Positions 20,848 to 33,108 of a DNA stretch of 64,000 nucleotides are shown here, in pieces. The translations under genes were made by a program, and so were the position numbers. The stretch is from Perkinsela sp. CCAP 1560/9 (taxonomy: Eukaryota > Protista > Euglenozoa: Kinetoplastea). Location: positions 744,001 through 808,000 of the forward strand of contig CBFFSA010000002.1 in the NCBI GenBank assembly GCA_965644495.1, written 5' to 3'. The number at the start of each line of letters is the position of its first letter. The first letter of the stretch is position 1. The notes below the pieces were generated by a model that worked only from the letters and a program-made list of their open reading frames with translations, searched no databases and was not told where the DNA came from.

Positions 20848-21295
20848 TTTTAGAGCATTGCTCAATTTTTATTGCTGAAGTGTATGGCACCCAGGCTGTT
20901 GACCGCACTTACATTGCCGTTTTACGACTTCCTCTTATACAAGGGGTGCACGAAAATATGGGGGGTCAAAATTCGTAAAACTCAGCCAGTTTTGGAAAGT
21001 AGCACCGCATTCGAGAGCCCTCGCAGAGCTACATGTCATGTGACATTGCGTTTTACGTAGTTTCCGGGTATAGGCATTTTCCTAAATACCGTAGAAAGGG
21101 CAAGTTTTTTTTCTGGAACAAAAAAAAGTTAGTATCCACAATTTCCAACTTTTTTCTCCAACACAATTTTCACACGCGTTGGAAAACTCTTTAAAGTCCT
21201 CAAAAAATACATTGCGTTGCTCCCCTTTTAGTTTTTCGACCCTACAGTACAGAAGCGATCACTCATCTAAAATCTTCACGATTCGTTGGGAAAAG

Positions 21296-22535
21296 CAGGG
21301 TTCGCGGAAACTTTAAAACTTTAAATAAAGTACTTTATAGTAACTTTATTTTCTTAAAAAAAAACTTTATTTTACTTTATTTTTCCCTTTCACTTTTTAA
21401 GGATAAACTCACCCGTGGAAAGTTCTGCAAGGAATTTTTCGTTGAAATGAAGAGCGCTGAAGGAGGCAAACAAGTAGCAGAGTGTAAGTTGTGTCCTGAA
21501 GGTGGACGTAAACGCTTTTTGATCGCCAGAGGTCTGCAGACCGACTATATGGCCCCAGAAAAACACCTGCTAAAACATGGTAAAAGTTACGACGTCTGGG
21601 CTAGGGAACAACAAGAAAAGCGCCGCCGTGAAAACCCAACCATTAATATATCGCCACAGGCTGCTTCATCTCAAAAATGCTTCATTGTCTTTGAGGATCA
21701 CTCTTTGGGATCACTCTTTGCCTTCATTGTCAGAGATGCTCCATTGTAGATAAGATTGCTTCATCATAAAGATATGGTTATCTGGAAATCACAGTGTGGG
21801 ATCCCAACCTCAGCTCTTGAGCATCCGCTTTTTCGAAATAAAATCATGCGAGGTTTATGCCCCACTCCGCCTCGAAGAGAAAAAATGAACGACCTAATTA
21901 TAGAGTACGCGGGGCAAGCGCGAACAAAGACATGCATCGAATTCGGTTTCAAATTTTCAGATGTGAGCGTATGTATGGATACTTCAACGATCCATCATCG
22001 TACAATGTGTGCCGTGACCCTAGTGTGCAAAGGCACATCAATGTGTTGGACTATTAAGCCAATGTTCTCCATTGATGCCCCCTCCTTCAAAAGTTTACTT
22101 GAACAAGTTTTAGTGGAACTTCGTTCCGAGAGAATTTTTGCTACGCACCTAGTGTCAGATGCCGGAGCAGGAATCAAGGAAGAGCTTGATCATGACTGCA
22201 GAAGAAAACGGAATCGCCTACACCGTTTGCTTCGTTCATTCGTTGCAAATTTGTATGGGAGCCATCATGCGTATGGCCAACACAAATGAAATTCTAGACC
22301 TTGGGAAAGTCTACGCAAAATGGCTTTTTGCCCCGCCAGATTTTTTACCACGCCACCCGTCAGTAAAGTCCACTGTTCCACTAGGCAGCCGTATTCTGTC
22401 GCTTTTTTTGAAAAAATAAAGTTTTTTAAAGTTTCATAGTAAAATAAAGTCAATAAAGTACTGTATAGTAACTTTATTCGCAAAAGAAGACTTTATTAAA
22501 TAAAGTTTATTTTGCTTTATTAAAGTTTCCGCGAA
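21296..22535 (+). mobile_element. Degenerate hAT transposon
   Basis: BED finger (AECKLC...HLLKH), VCMDTST, LVSDAGAG, CFVHSLQ across frameshifts; TIR CAGGGTTCGCGGAAACTTTA / TAAAGTTTCCGCGAA, right terminus clipped. Confidence 0.75.
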
Positions 22536-24344
22536 AGCGAGTTTTTATTCTCATCCATTATTCGGTCAGATTGAACGAAGTTTGCGCACATTTCAAAAAA
22601 AATCTTAAAAGTAACTAAAAATCAACGAATTCCAAAGAAAATTAAAACTACGAACATAAGACGGTTTCCGCACAAAACAATGTGACATCCAAAAGAACAT
22701 ATACCACCGGGATTTGCTCTTGAACCCCTAATGATCCATTACACTTCTCAGTTATGAATCGGAGTCGTGCCTTTCTTGAAGACTCTGACTTGCCCAAACA
22801 ACCCCCCTCACACACTAACCTTTACTTTAGCATTGAATTCGCCTCCTCATGAGTATTCGAGAGTCATGAGAACAAAAACAGTGAAAATATAAAGAGGAAC
22901 ACAGTAATATAAATATAGATAGATAGAAGAAGATATCCCGTAGAAACTTCAATTAAGGGTAATTAAGGCAGCTTTAATTAAGGCAATAATTAATTTTCTG
23001 TTATTTTGGAGGAAAGATTGGGAAAAATTAATTTCATGAATCCGTCTCAGACTTCTCCTTTCAATGATCGTTTTAGCTTTTCTCTCACACGTTGAACTGG
23101 TTGAAGACCGTAAAGGTTGGCGAAATAGGCGAAGCTCGTCTAGAAAAGTTCGAAAAACATGAAAAATGATCAGAAATTGAGCACTTTTAGCAGAAATGTG
23201 ATATTTATGCTACAAACGACAATATTTAAATAAGAACTGTTTTCGGCTTTTATCAGCGCCACTTTAATTAAGGCAATAATTAGTTTTTAAATCCGTTCTT
23301 CCTTAATTACTTTTATCCTTAATAACCGTTTCACCGGTATATAGATAGAAGAAAAAAAGGTGCTCCGGTGGTCCAAAGCTGAAAAACAAAATTAAGAAAA
23401 ATGGGGGGTCCAGGGGCGGGCATACGTCGCGAATTTTTTTCCAACTTTTTTGCTTTTCAAAATCGAGCGCAGGGAAGTGTTACAGTGGTGATCAGCGTCC
23501 TTTACCCCCCCCCCTACAGGTCTTGTATTTTTTCCAATTTTGGAAATATTTGGTATACCACCGTTTTTCGACCCAACCGTTCCGAATCCGAGGTCCCTTT
23601 CACTCGAGCAACCCCCTACCCCCCCTAGCCAGGTAGGGGTCAAAAAAGCTAATTACAACTTTTTTCGGTGTATTTTTTTCGAATGTTTCGGATGAAAGAC
23701 AGTAGTAAGGTAAGTCAGAAGACGCGGATTAGGTGATAACTCATGTGATATCGGTGTAGAAGTGTACTCTGACATCAAAAGTCATTTTGCATGCGATTTC
23801 GAAGATGACGAGAAATGTCACAACGATTTTCCTACTACCTTATACCCCCAGTAAGAGATCCCCCAGTAAGAGAGATTAGCTCGGGAGCCTCAACAGGAGG
23901 CGTATATGGCGTAGGGGGTGGGCGTCTGCATGTCAGGGGCCTTCGGGGGTTTTCAGTAGAAAAACTAGAACAATTTGTCGAAAGACTTGCGAGAAAAGAG
24001 AAATTTTGAATGCGTTCGTAAAACCCCTTTGTCCAAGAGTGGGTGATCTGAATTAAAAATCACCCACTATTGGAAATCACCCACTATTCACACCTTAGCA
24101 GTTAATTAATTAATTTACTATTAATAAATTACCACAATTAATTTACAATTACCGTCCCCCCTATTTACTATTTAGTACCTTGCCCCCGCTATTTAGTGTT
24201 CAAAGGTTCGTAGAGATTGGCCCCGCGAAGCGGCGCCGATTTTTTTTTTCCTATAATATTCGATTTCGTCTAATTTAATCTACCCATTCGAAATAGAAGT
24301 GAAAAAGATTTCTTTTCCTTGATATATTCCTCTTTGTATGTCGA

Positions 24345-24938
24345 TTGGACCTTTCTGGCTGGTGCAGGTCAAGACAACCACTCCCTCGGGTTGGTTCATT
24401 GACTAACCAGATTACCTCAAATGTTGATGTGACGTCTTTCCTCGAAGAAGCATTGCCACACACTAAAGCCAGTCTTTCAATGCAAGACAAGCTGACGATT
24501 AGCAGATCGAGCGAGAGTGCAAAGTCACTATCAAAGAAGTATAAAGCGACAGAGCAGTGTATTTATCAGATCAAGCGAATCGGTTCTCAAGTTTATCAAG
24601 AACGAGTAAACCGTGGTGGGAGTTCTCTAAAAAGAGAAAGGAACGCTAATTCGGAAAGAAGAGGGGCGGAACGAAAGGTACAAGAAGAGCTAGAAAGACT
24701 GTGGTCAGAGCACTTGTCTAAAACCAAATCCGTGTTGTTTGAGCTAATGGACAAAGAAGGTGTATTTCGTAGCGACTCGGGCAAACCGTTGTCTAATAAA
24801 TCTAAGGAACGAATATACAAAAAATTTAAGTACTCCTTTGGCTGGTCTTGGCAGCGCTTTGGTAGAAAGCGCTGCATTGCACCTACGGATCTAACCGCCA
24901 GGATAACTGCATGGTCCCTCCACGAAGAGTTCCTGTGA
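24345..24938 (+). pseudogene. Truncated pogo/CENP-B-like transposase N-terminus
   Basis: FKYSFGWSWQRFGRKR resembles the CENP-B HTH F..S.GW..RF..R motif; no DDE domain follows. Confidence 0.45.
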
Positions 24939-24940
24939 AA

Positions 24941-25693
24941 ATGCCGATTACTCCTGAGCTAGGAAGAAGTTTACTCAAAGCTGCCATCGACTCCACTAAA
25001 AGTTCCCCAGCTATCAATTCTACAAAACCTTCCCTGAACCAAGATACTCCGGTTGCTTTATCTCCTGATTCTGCAATCGTTATTTCTTCGGCCGATGATT
25101 CTAAGAAAGCGTCACGTGATCGATGGCGTCCACTACGACGACGCGGGACAATGATATGTGGTCACACTGTTGACGTCTTGACATCGAAGGTGCTTGATCT
25201 ATACAAGTCCAAGACGGCGGATGAGGACACCGAATTGTGGTGCGTGTGGAAAACAGGTAAGCTGATGCGGGATGAGGTTTTGCCTCGTTTGCAATCCTTC
25301 CCAAAGAGGATATTCGCTTGCCTCCACTTCGCTTATCATTTTGTATTGTTACAGGTCGTGGGGCACTACATTTGTGTCTTCGACAGTTTTCGAGCGATGG
25401 GGACATGCGCCGCTAAAGACAATTTGAACAAGTTTAAAGAGAGCTACGCGAAATACGTTGATGATCGCCCACAGTCGTTTACGATTTTATATACAGAGTG
25501 CCCACAACAAGTACCGGGTGATAACAATTGTGGGCTTCACGTCGTGAACAATTTGTATCGCGAACTCTTTGCGGTAAGCGGCAGCATAATTACTCGTAAA
25601 CAACTTCGTGAGGACTGGGAACCTTGCCTACCAGCAGAAAATATCTCCAGTGTATTCCCCAGTGTAAAGAGATACTCTTTCTCCCATAAGTAA
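24941..25693 (+). CDS. Ulp1/peptidase C48-like cysteine protease (transposon-borne)
   Basis: HFVLL...ICVFDS...CPQQVPGDNNCGLHV gives the His-Asp-Gln-Cys catalytic order. Confidence 0.72.
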   Translation: MPITPELGRSLLKAAIDSTKSSPAINSTKPSLNQDTPVALSPDSAIVISSADDSKKASRDRWRPLRRRGTMICGHTVDVLTSKVLDLYKSKTADEDTELWCVWKTGKLMRDEVLPRLQSFPKRIFACLHFAYHFVLLQVVGHYICVFDSFRAMGTCAAKDNLNKFKESYAKYVDDRPQSFTILYTECPQQVPGDNNCGLHVVNNLYRELFAVSGSIITRKQLREDWEPCLPAENISSVFPSVKRYSFSHK

Positions 25694-25737
25694 TTATATT
25701 TTCATCTTTGGAGACCTGAAATTCGTATTTATAATTA

Positions 25738-26484
25738 CCGTCCCCCTCCCTATTTACTATTTAGTACCTTGCCCCCCCTATTTAGTGTTTAATTTCAAGG
25801 CTTCGCAGAAATTGGCGCCGCGAAGCGGCGCCGAATTTTTTTGTACAACCCCGTTCACGCAAAATGGGACCAACCTTGAAAGAGCTGCGAAACTCGTTTT
25901 TAGTTTATTTCTTTTTAGGCATACTCAGATTACCACAGAGAACACCGAAAAAATAGTGCCGAAGCGCAAGGAAATGGACCATTGTCGCCTGGGTTAGACA
26001 CCAAGCTTTTAGAAGCTGTAGGGGAAATAAAGGGTCTTAACTCCGATGTATCGCGCGGAGCTGATGACTATATCAGCCTTGACTCTTTGTCCCCTGAAAA
26101 GGAAGCACCCGTTCCACAATTAATTTCAGATGACAATTAATTTCAGTGACGAACAATTCAAGTCCTTGGAAAAAAAATCAATGCCAAGGATGCAATTATC
26201 AAGAGGCTGCTTAACAAGCTGTGCAAGACTAAACGAAAGATTAGAACTCTTGAAATAGTGTGGAGGATTTCATGGAGCCCGAAACGCGGAGAACATCAGC
26301 TGGTTCGTTTCGAAAGTTTTCGAGTGTAGTTTCGGTATCAACGAACACGGCGCCGCAAAGCGTTTTTTTCCGCTCATTTTTTCATTTTTTATCTGTTTTT
26401 CATATCTTTTTCATTGATCTTTCCTCTCCCCTACTTAGTGTTTAAATTTGCCCAATTCTACTAAACACTAAATAGGGGGGACGG
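25738..26484. mobile_element. Second pogo-like non-autonomous copy nested in the first
   Basis: Same TA-CCGTCCCCC...GGGGGGACGG-TA termini and the same subterminal sequences. Confidence 0.75.
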
Positions 26485-28838
26485 TACTTATAAATTATAA
26501 TTTTGTGCACCGAAATTATAATTTATAAGTCCTATCCTCGAAAAAGTTTGGTGAAAGTGAAGCATTATTTCACACAAAAAATATTTTTTTTGCAAATTAT
26601 ATTAGTTATAATTATAATTACTTATGAGAGGCGCAGTAACAGCAAATAGATACATGTTAGTAACCATAAAATACAATTTTATCGATTCATACTTGTTTTC
26701 GTTTACTTGGGTTTTTTTACGTGCATTAATTGAGTTAACCTTGTTTTTCCCTTGTAAAAATCGTTCTTCTTCAAGCATGAACATTTGGTGGCTAGACAAA
26801 AGTTGGAGACGGACTCAAATGATAAAGATACATCATCACTGACTTCATAAACACGCTTGTCAGTTCATAAACATGCTGGTCAGGGCATAGCAACACACTC
26901 AGTTTCTGTAAAATACATCCTTCCATAACATCGACGGCACCAACGCCGAAATCAAACATTGTTTAACACTTTAAACAAGAAATTCAAATTCTTGATTGCA
27001 TTTTCAAACCTCACAAAGGATATAATTCGTAGTTCATCCATGAACCGACACGGCGCCGCGAAGCGGCGCCGTTTTTTTTCATTTCTTTTTTCATTTTTTA
27101 TCTGTTTTTCACCTATTTTTCATTGATATTTTCTCTCCCCTACTTAGTGTTTAATTTTGCCCAATTCTACTAAACACTAAATAAGGGGGGACGGTAATTA
27201 ACAAATTAACTTTCATCCCCATCGCTATTTGCATAGTGAGCGAGTCATCCCTGAGAGAGAGCAACGCATTGGAACTCGCATGGAATGTAGAGGGCTCATG
27301 GAATGTAGAGTTCGTGCCGTAGGGGCTGCGCGATTCGCGGACTATATTGCAAGGCGAATTCGGAGCCGGAGGAGTCACTGGGAAGCTACCTATTTTTGAG
27401 TGGGCATCTATAATACAGTAGATATCAATGCTTCTGCGGTGCAAACATGGGAATGGTGTTGCCAAGCATGTCGTTCATAGTATCAACCGATGGGGGAGAA
27501 ATCCTTTTGTCGCGAAAAGTGATGTACGGTGGACTCAACCACATTACATTACTAAAAAAATTCATGGCATGCTGTTTTTCGAGACGTTGCAGGTGATAGC
27601 GCAATGAGTCTTCTAAGGAGTTGCTTTTTGTTGCTTCGTCCTTCAACTGCGCCAAGATAGGAGCCACCGAAGTTGCCATTGGTTTTCTCTTATCATCAGA
27701 GAAGAGGTCAAGGGCATTTCGTAGGGGAAGCATTTTTTCCAAGAAAGTATTCGTCGCTTCCATTTTTGCTTGAATTTTAGCTTGAATTGAACCGGGCTCT
27801 TTCAAAATTTTGTAACACTTCAAGACAGAAGCTGATGGAAGTTTGTTAGGACGAGACACGAGACGCTGCACAAAGCGCGCTACCGTCGGTAATTCCTTTC
27901 CAAGGTATTCAATAGATAAAATTTTATCCGAAATCAAGCGGTGTGTTGAGTACATATGCGCGCGTGGGCACAGAGAGCTGACTGTGACGAGGAATGAGTA
28001 ATGTGACCGCACCGAAAACACATCAAGTGCACGTGATGTACCATGCTGTCTTTCATACACAAATCGGATTCCTCGTGCTTGCGCATCCAACGTGCACACA
28101 CAGGATTTTCCACGGAACAAAGCTTGTCTTCCCAGCAAGCCTGTACGTTGCGGTTAAAAAGTAGCGATTTTCGACCCTGCTTTCGATGCGAGTTCCCTGG
28201 TGAAGATTCTGCCTGAGACTGATGCACAGCTGCTTGCATTGGCGCTTCTCGAAGTCTTTCTTCGAGCTCTACGTAAGCTTCCCTGTGCGCTTTACGTGTT
28301 CGCAAGTCATCACTTTGGACCGCTCCTTCGTTCTGCGAAGATTCATCAGCCGTCTGCTCATTTTCTGCAATACTATTACGCGATTTGCGTGATCGTCTAG
28401 AACGTGCACTAGGCATTAAACTGTAAAGTTATCAATTCCCAGAATTCCAAAAAAATAACTGAATTGTAAAGTAAATCAATTGCCACCACTAGTCTCACGT
28501 AAAATTCTGCACGAAAACAACAAAGTACAAATACTGATAATGTAGTCAAAATAGTCACAAAATAGCAATCTGACGATCGAGTGATACGAGAAAACCACGC
28601 CACGCAAAAAATATCTGAATTAGAATGCTGCTAAACATAAGCACGTGTTGTTCCTTACTCTGAGTTCACGGTAAATTAACTAGTTAATTAACTGTTAATT
28701 AAATAATTAATTGCTAGGCTGTGACTATTGGACCCCCTGCAACTTGGCGTCTTTTCTGGGTCCACTCGGGGCCACGGTGGGCCACTAGGAGCCATGGTGG
28801 GCCACTGCTACTGGTCCTTGTTGACCATTTTGTATGTA

Positions 28839-29614
28839 CACCCCTGGGCAGCTTCATTTACCCCCCCCCCTACAGGTCTTGCATATTGTTCGATTTCGGA
28901 AATATTTGGTATGGGACTGTTTTTCGCTCCGATCGTCTCGAATCCGCGGTCCTTTTCATGATTGGAATAAATTTTTTTACTAAAATGACTAGACAATTTT
29001 TGAGGGTGTACACTTTTTTTTTGAATTTATTTCTTGCTTTTAAATATTTTTTTATGTTTTTAAAAATGTAAATCATGCTTAGAGAACGAAAAAAAGACGC
29101 TGAATACGTATTCAATAACCAATCTGATAACCTTTCTTTTCTACCACCAATTTAAGTCGTTTGCGGAAGTCTTTAAATGGATTTCTTAATTTATCGACAT
29201 GTACTCCTGATAAGCACCCAATAATACTCCTGCCGCACCCAATATCTTACTCCATTCCTGGAGATTTTGAGCTCATTAGCTACAGCACGTAGGGTTTTTA
29301 GTTCCTTGTAGCGTGATATGATGAAAGTTCGCCTTTCTGGTGAAATACGCTGATTCGGGAGGGAAGAAGCCCGATATCGTTTGACCATTGAGGAAAAAAC
29401 AGAAAAAAAGTAGATTTTTCTAGGTGGGCAAAAATAAATTAACTTTTTAGACAAAAATTTTAAGGTCTCGGAGCAAATCAAGGTCGCTCGAGTGAAAACG
29501 ACCGCGGATTCGAGACGATCGTAGCGAAAAACAGTCCCGTGCCAAATATTTCCGAAATCGAACAAAATACAAGACCTGTAGGGGGGGGGGGGTAAATGAA
29601 GCTGCCCAGGGGTG
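28839..29614 (-). mobile_element. Internally deleted Tc1-like element
   Basis: TIRs of ~120 bp, TA-CACCCCTGGGCAGC...GCTGCCCAGGGGTG-TA; HTH remnant ISPERRTFII...LRAVANELKISRNGVRYWVRQ. Confidence 0.8.
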
Positions 29615-29629
29615 TATGTAATTATTGTG

Positions 29630-30052
29630 ATGGGAAAAACGTATTGTCCTCGCTGCAAGGTGGACCGCCACGTGTCTTTGGGGGAACCTATAAGGTGTGT
29701 AATGTGTGCATGCACCATTGATAGTGATGCAAAAGATCCTTGCATCCAATGTCAAAGGGTCTCTGTAATCATAGGTACGAACTGCTGTCCTCTATGTAAT
29801 GCTCCACAGGACTCTGAACGACTTCTGCCCAGTGCCATCGACCATCTCCACGCTCCTGAGCTTCAAGGGAAGCACAATTTTCGCGCTCGTGCGGATGGAA
29901 GGTTTTATGACAGTCGCACCAATAGGCTGATACTGCCTCATTCAGAGACAGTTCCCCCATCAGTTGTCCAATGGACAAGTTTCTTCAGCAGAATAACACT
30001 GAAGTATTCACATTCTTTTCCGAGAGACACTCAGCCACATCAACTTGTGTAA
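29630..30052 (+). CDS. Small Cys-rich (four CxxC) ORF inside the TE cluster
   Basis: CPRC, CVMC, CIQC, CPLC. Confidence 0.35.
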   Translation: MGKTYCPRCKVDRHVSLGEPIRCVMCACTIDSDAKDPCIQCQRVSVIIGTNCCPLCNAPQDSERLLPSAIDHLHAPELQGKHNFRARADGRFYDSRTNRLILPHSETVPPSVVQWTSFFSRITLKYSHSFPRDTQPHQLV

Positions 30053-30671
30053 CGCGTGTTGTTGAATGAATGTTAAAATGAATGCCCCAGGTATTCGCAT
30101 ACTAATGTGTAGTAAAAGAATTTTTGTCATCACATTTGCGTGCAAACAAAAACAGGATCACAAGTGCGAACAATCTCTTTTACACTTTTATAGCTTTTTG
30201 GGTCATGTTTTCATAAAATCGTTCATGAATTCCTTAGTGGGGTATTATCAATGCCTAGAATCTGTCCCTCGCCGGAGGTATTTCTCTCCGGTTTTTGGGT
30301 CCACTCGGGGCCACCAAAGCCCACTAGGCACGCTATCATGTCCATCGGCGTTGGCAAAATTGGTCGAGTTATACGAATTTTGACCCCCCCCATATTTTTG
30401 TGCACCCCCCTGTACTTACTAAATGGGGGTCCGGTTTAGCATACAGGGGTGGCAACTTCCATCTGTGTGTGGGGGTCTAAATTTTGTAAAACTTGGCCAA
30501 ATTTGGAAAATAATAGCGCATTGGAGAGCTCTCGCAGAGAGTCTTCCCTTCAACCCTATAGGAAGAAAGAGGAAGAAAGAATCTTTGTATAACTACCGCT
30601 CCACCCTCGATTATAAGTGATTAATAAGTGAAAATAATAAGTGAAAATGTAATAAGGAACACAGTAATATA

Positions 30672-30849
30672 CTGTCCCCCCCCTTAAGCGCACCCGGTCA
30701 GACCCTCCCGTTTAAGCGCACATAGAGTTGAGGTGCGGACTCCGGCGCCGGGAAGCGGCGCCAAATTTTTTTTATGTAGTGATTCAGACCCCCCCGTTTA
30801 AGCGCACTTTTCACGGAAAACGAAGTGCTCTTAAACGGGGGAGGGACAG
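30672..30849. mobile_element. TA-flanked MITE with a central GAA hairpin
   Basis: TA-CTGTCCCC...GGGACAG-TA; repeated TTAAGCGCAC. Confidence 0.75.
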
Positions 30850-31021
30850 TAAATCTACACTGTAAGGTCTCATCTGTATAAGGTCCCAAATACACATATT
30901 CATCTTTCTTTTTTGTGAACTCATTCTTGTGAACCTTTTCAACATGTGGAATGTGGAGTTCCAAATTGCAGTCTTTGGAAATGAACACAATGCATGAATA
31001 TTTCTGCTTGTCTATTACCAG

Positions 31022-31840
31022 ATGAAGCAAGTGTTGGGTAAATCAGAGCTCAAATTATTATGTAAAAGGAATCTCTTGCGACAAGTGCTTCTAGATCTTC
31101 CGGAAGGTCATATTTCTGAGCTTCTGCATCTATTTGAGAGTCTTGAAAAGGTATGGGAGGAAGCTGATAGCGTTTTTGTTATTTCGGGAGTCAGCGAGCT
31201 GTTCTCGTGTCCCATACAGGAGATTTTGCTAATTTTACTTACTTTGGAACCACGCATCCAAGATGAATACTTTGCGAATTTATGTAACAAAAGATCGCTT
31301 CAGGAACTTTGGTACTGTCGAATTCCGTGTCCGCTTTGCTACTACCTTCACCATTCCTCCTTCACATCGAGTTATATTATTCGACATGTTGTAGTAAACA
31401 CTTCTTCCAGGCCTGATGTGCCCAACATAACAGAAAATGAATGGGGTCCAAATGGGCTAGATTCGACAAACATAAGGAAATTTCTCCTAAATAGTTTCAT
31501 GTGTATGCCTCCTTTTATGTCTCAGTCTAATTATTCGTCTTCTATTTCAGTTTCTGACGAATGTTCTGCTACATCGTATGAATCCATGAGTAAAACACAA
31601 CTTGGGACCCGGACTAGACAGGCTCTTTCACAAGTAAAAAGCCTACGTGCTATGCGCCAGCAAGCTCGAGAAAGTTGTATCCAAGATTTCACACGCGAGC
31701 GCAGGGAGGTAGAGTGTAACAGACGATTGCAATCACAGATTCTACAGCAGCGTCATAAAGAGAGTTTTGATCATGCGCTTCTGAGAACAAAACCGGCCGC
31801 AATTAACTTAAGCATGGACGCGGATTGGGCAACACAGTAG
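31022..31840 (+). CDS. Hypothetical protein (probable host gene stranded among TEs)
   Basis: 272-aa ORF on the coding strand with a coiled-coil-like C-terminus. Confidence 0.5.
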   Translation: MKQVLGKSELKLLCKRNLLRQVLLDLPEGHISELLHLFESLEKVWEEADSVFVISGVSELFSCPIQEILLILLTLEPRIQDEYFANLCNKRSLQELWYCRIPCPLCYYLHHSSFTSSYIIRHVVVNTSSRPDVPNITENEWGPNGLDSTNIRKFLLNSFMCMPPFMSQSNYSSSISVSDECSATSYESMSKTQLGTRTRQALSQVKSLRAMRQQARESCIQDFTRERREVECNRRLQSQILQQRHKESFDHALLRTKPAAINLSMDADWATQ

Positions 31841-32217
31841 AGTGCTTCACTTCTTTATTTTGATCTTTTTGATCATTCGTCCTTTTGTATGATGACATAC
31901 ATTGTGATCATTTATCTTTTGTAAAGGGGGTACGTCTGTTGTTGGCAACTACTCCCCCTGTGATTAATAATGATAATCTTAAAAAAAATCTTTCTATGTG
32001 GTGAAGACGCTTAAAAAATTATCAACTTATTTTCATGCACGCAGGATTTTCTTTAAAAAAATGTGTCTTAAAAAAAAGTTTTTTGAACTAAAAAACTGCT
32101 GGTAAGGCTTCAAAAACGTCCCAAATTCGGGTTAAAATTTTGCCTTTTTGGCCTGAAAATCATGTTTTTTTGTCGAAAACTGTGTATTCCCCCTGCCATT
32201 AATAATAATAACTTTTT

Positions 32218-32316
32218 TAGGCTCTTCGTTAAACGCGGTGGTTGTTTTCAACTTAGAAGTCACTCATGCTGCGCGCTTCGCGTTGAAAACTACCACCGCG
32301 TTTAACGAAGAGCCTA
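32218..32316. repeat. 99-bp palindrome family, copy 1
   Basis: 35-bp arms TAGGCTCTTCGTTAAACGCGGTGGTWGTTTTCAAC around a 29-nt asymmetric spacer. Confidence 0.92.
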
Positions 32317-33108
32317 AATAAAAAAATTGGCGTGCAAAGCAGAAGAAAATTGAAATATTATAGCCAAAAGTAGTCGATTTTCGGGTAAAAATGTGGTCAT
32401 TTCTGCGTATTTTTGCTCTCAGAGCACTAAATTCGACTTTTGCGTGTGAGAAATCACTCATAGGCGTGTATTCGAGGCTACCAAACATACTGGGTAGAGG
32501 ATGCGACTCCAACCACACCATTCTTCCGACCCAAAAAGATCCCTTTGGGTCCGAAAATTACTTTTTGGACTTTTTTCAAAAATGGGCCATTTTGGGAGGC
32601 TCACCTACGGCTTTAAAAAGCCACATCTCGCGAAAACAATGGCGTAGAAAGCTAGAATAGGTCCCAAGCTATCAAAATACAATAGGCGAAACGATTTTGG
32701 AAAAATATTTTTTTACCATTTTTTTTGTCAAGTTGAAATTTTTTTCAAAAAAAATAATCCGAAAAAATCCAGAGAGTGAGAGCGTTCTGCTGACTTCTTT
32801 ATAGCTTTCAAACCCAATCCTTGCATTTTGGACAAAGCCTAGAGAGTTTATCATCAGGATCTCGAACGCACCACCCTTCCAGAAGCCAATCTCCATACAC
32901 AACAGTGGAGTATAAACTCCGTTTAGAGCGCTTAGGCATACAAAAACCTCGTGATAGAAAGAATAGCGCCGCGAAGCGGCGCGCTTTTTTTTTGAGGGTG
33001 GAAAAAAAATTACCCTCGAACTGAAACATACTCCCCCCCACTTATAGTGCCGTTTGGTCGAAAAACCCTTTCCCTCCCTGGCCTGGCCTTTCTGACTGTC
33101 ACTGACTG

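Larger units (their letters stand above)
24152..27194 (+). mobile_element. pogo-like DNA transposon derivative carrying a Ulp1-type protease ORF
   Basis: TA-CCGTCCCCCCTATTTA ... TAAATAAGGGGGGACGG-TA termini. Confidence 0.7.
24089..28723 (-). mobile_element. hAT-like element with CACA termini and a 6-bp flanking direct repeat, interrupted by pogo-like elements
   Basis: ACTATT|CACACCTTAGCAGTTAATTA ... TAATTAATTGCTAGGCTGTG|ACTATT; minus-strand ORF fragments 27425-28416 with RCGHITH and LPLRNALDLFS...TSVAPIL (hAT-like). Confidence 0.55.
20940..30412. mobile_element. Tc1/mariner-type inverted termini bracketing a 9.5-kb nested TE cluster
   Basis: TA-CAAGGGGTGCACGAAAATATGGGGGGTCAAAATTCGTA at 20940, inverted counterpart ending ...GTGCACCCCCCTG-TA at 30412; the two ends could be separate copies. 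Confidence 0.5.

Noticed and set aside
22912-22936. TAGATAGAAGAAGA motif as a Helitron terminus (also ~23342 and ~43196)
   Set aside because: Low complexity; no paired hairpin-CTRR end or RepHel remnant found
26900-26910. CAGTTTCTGTA match to the SL exon core
   Set aside because: Only 11 nt, with no donor site or other SL context
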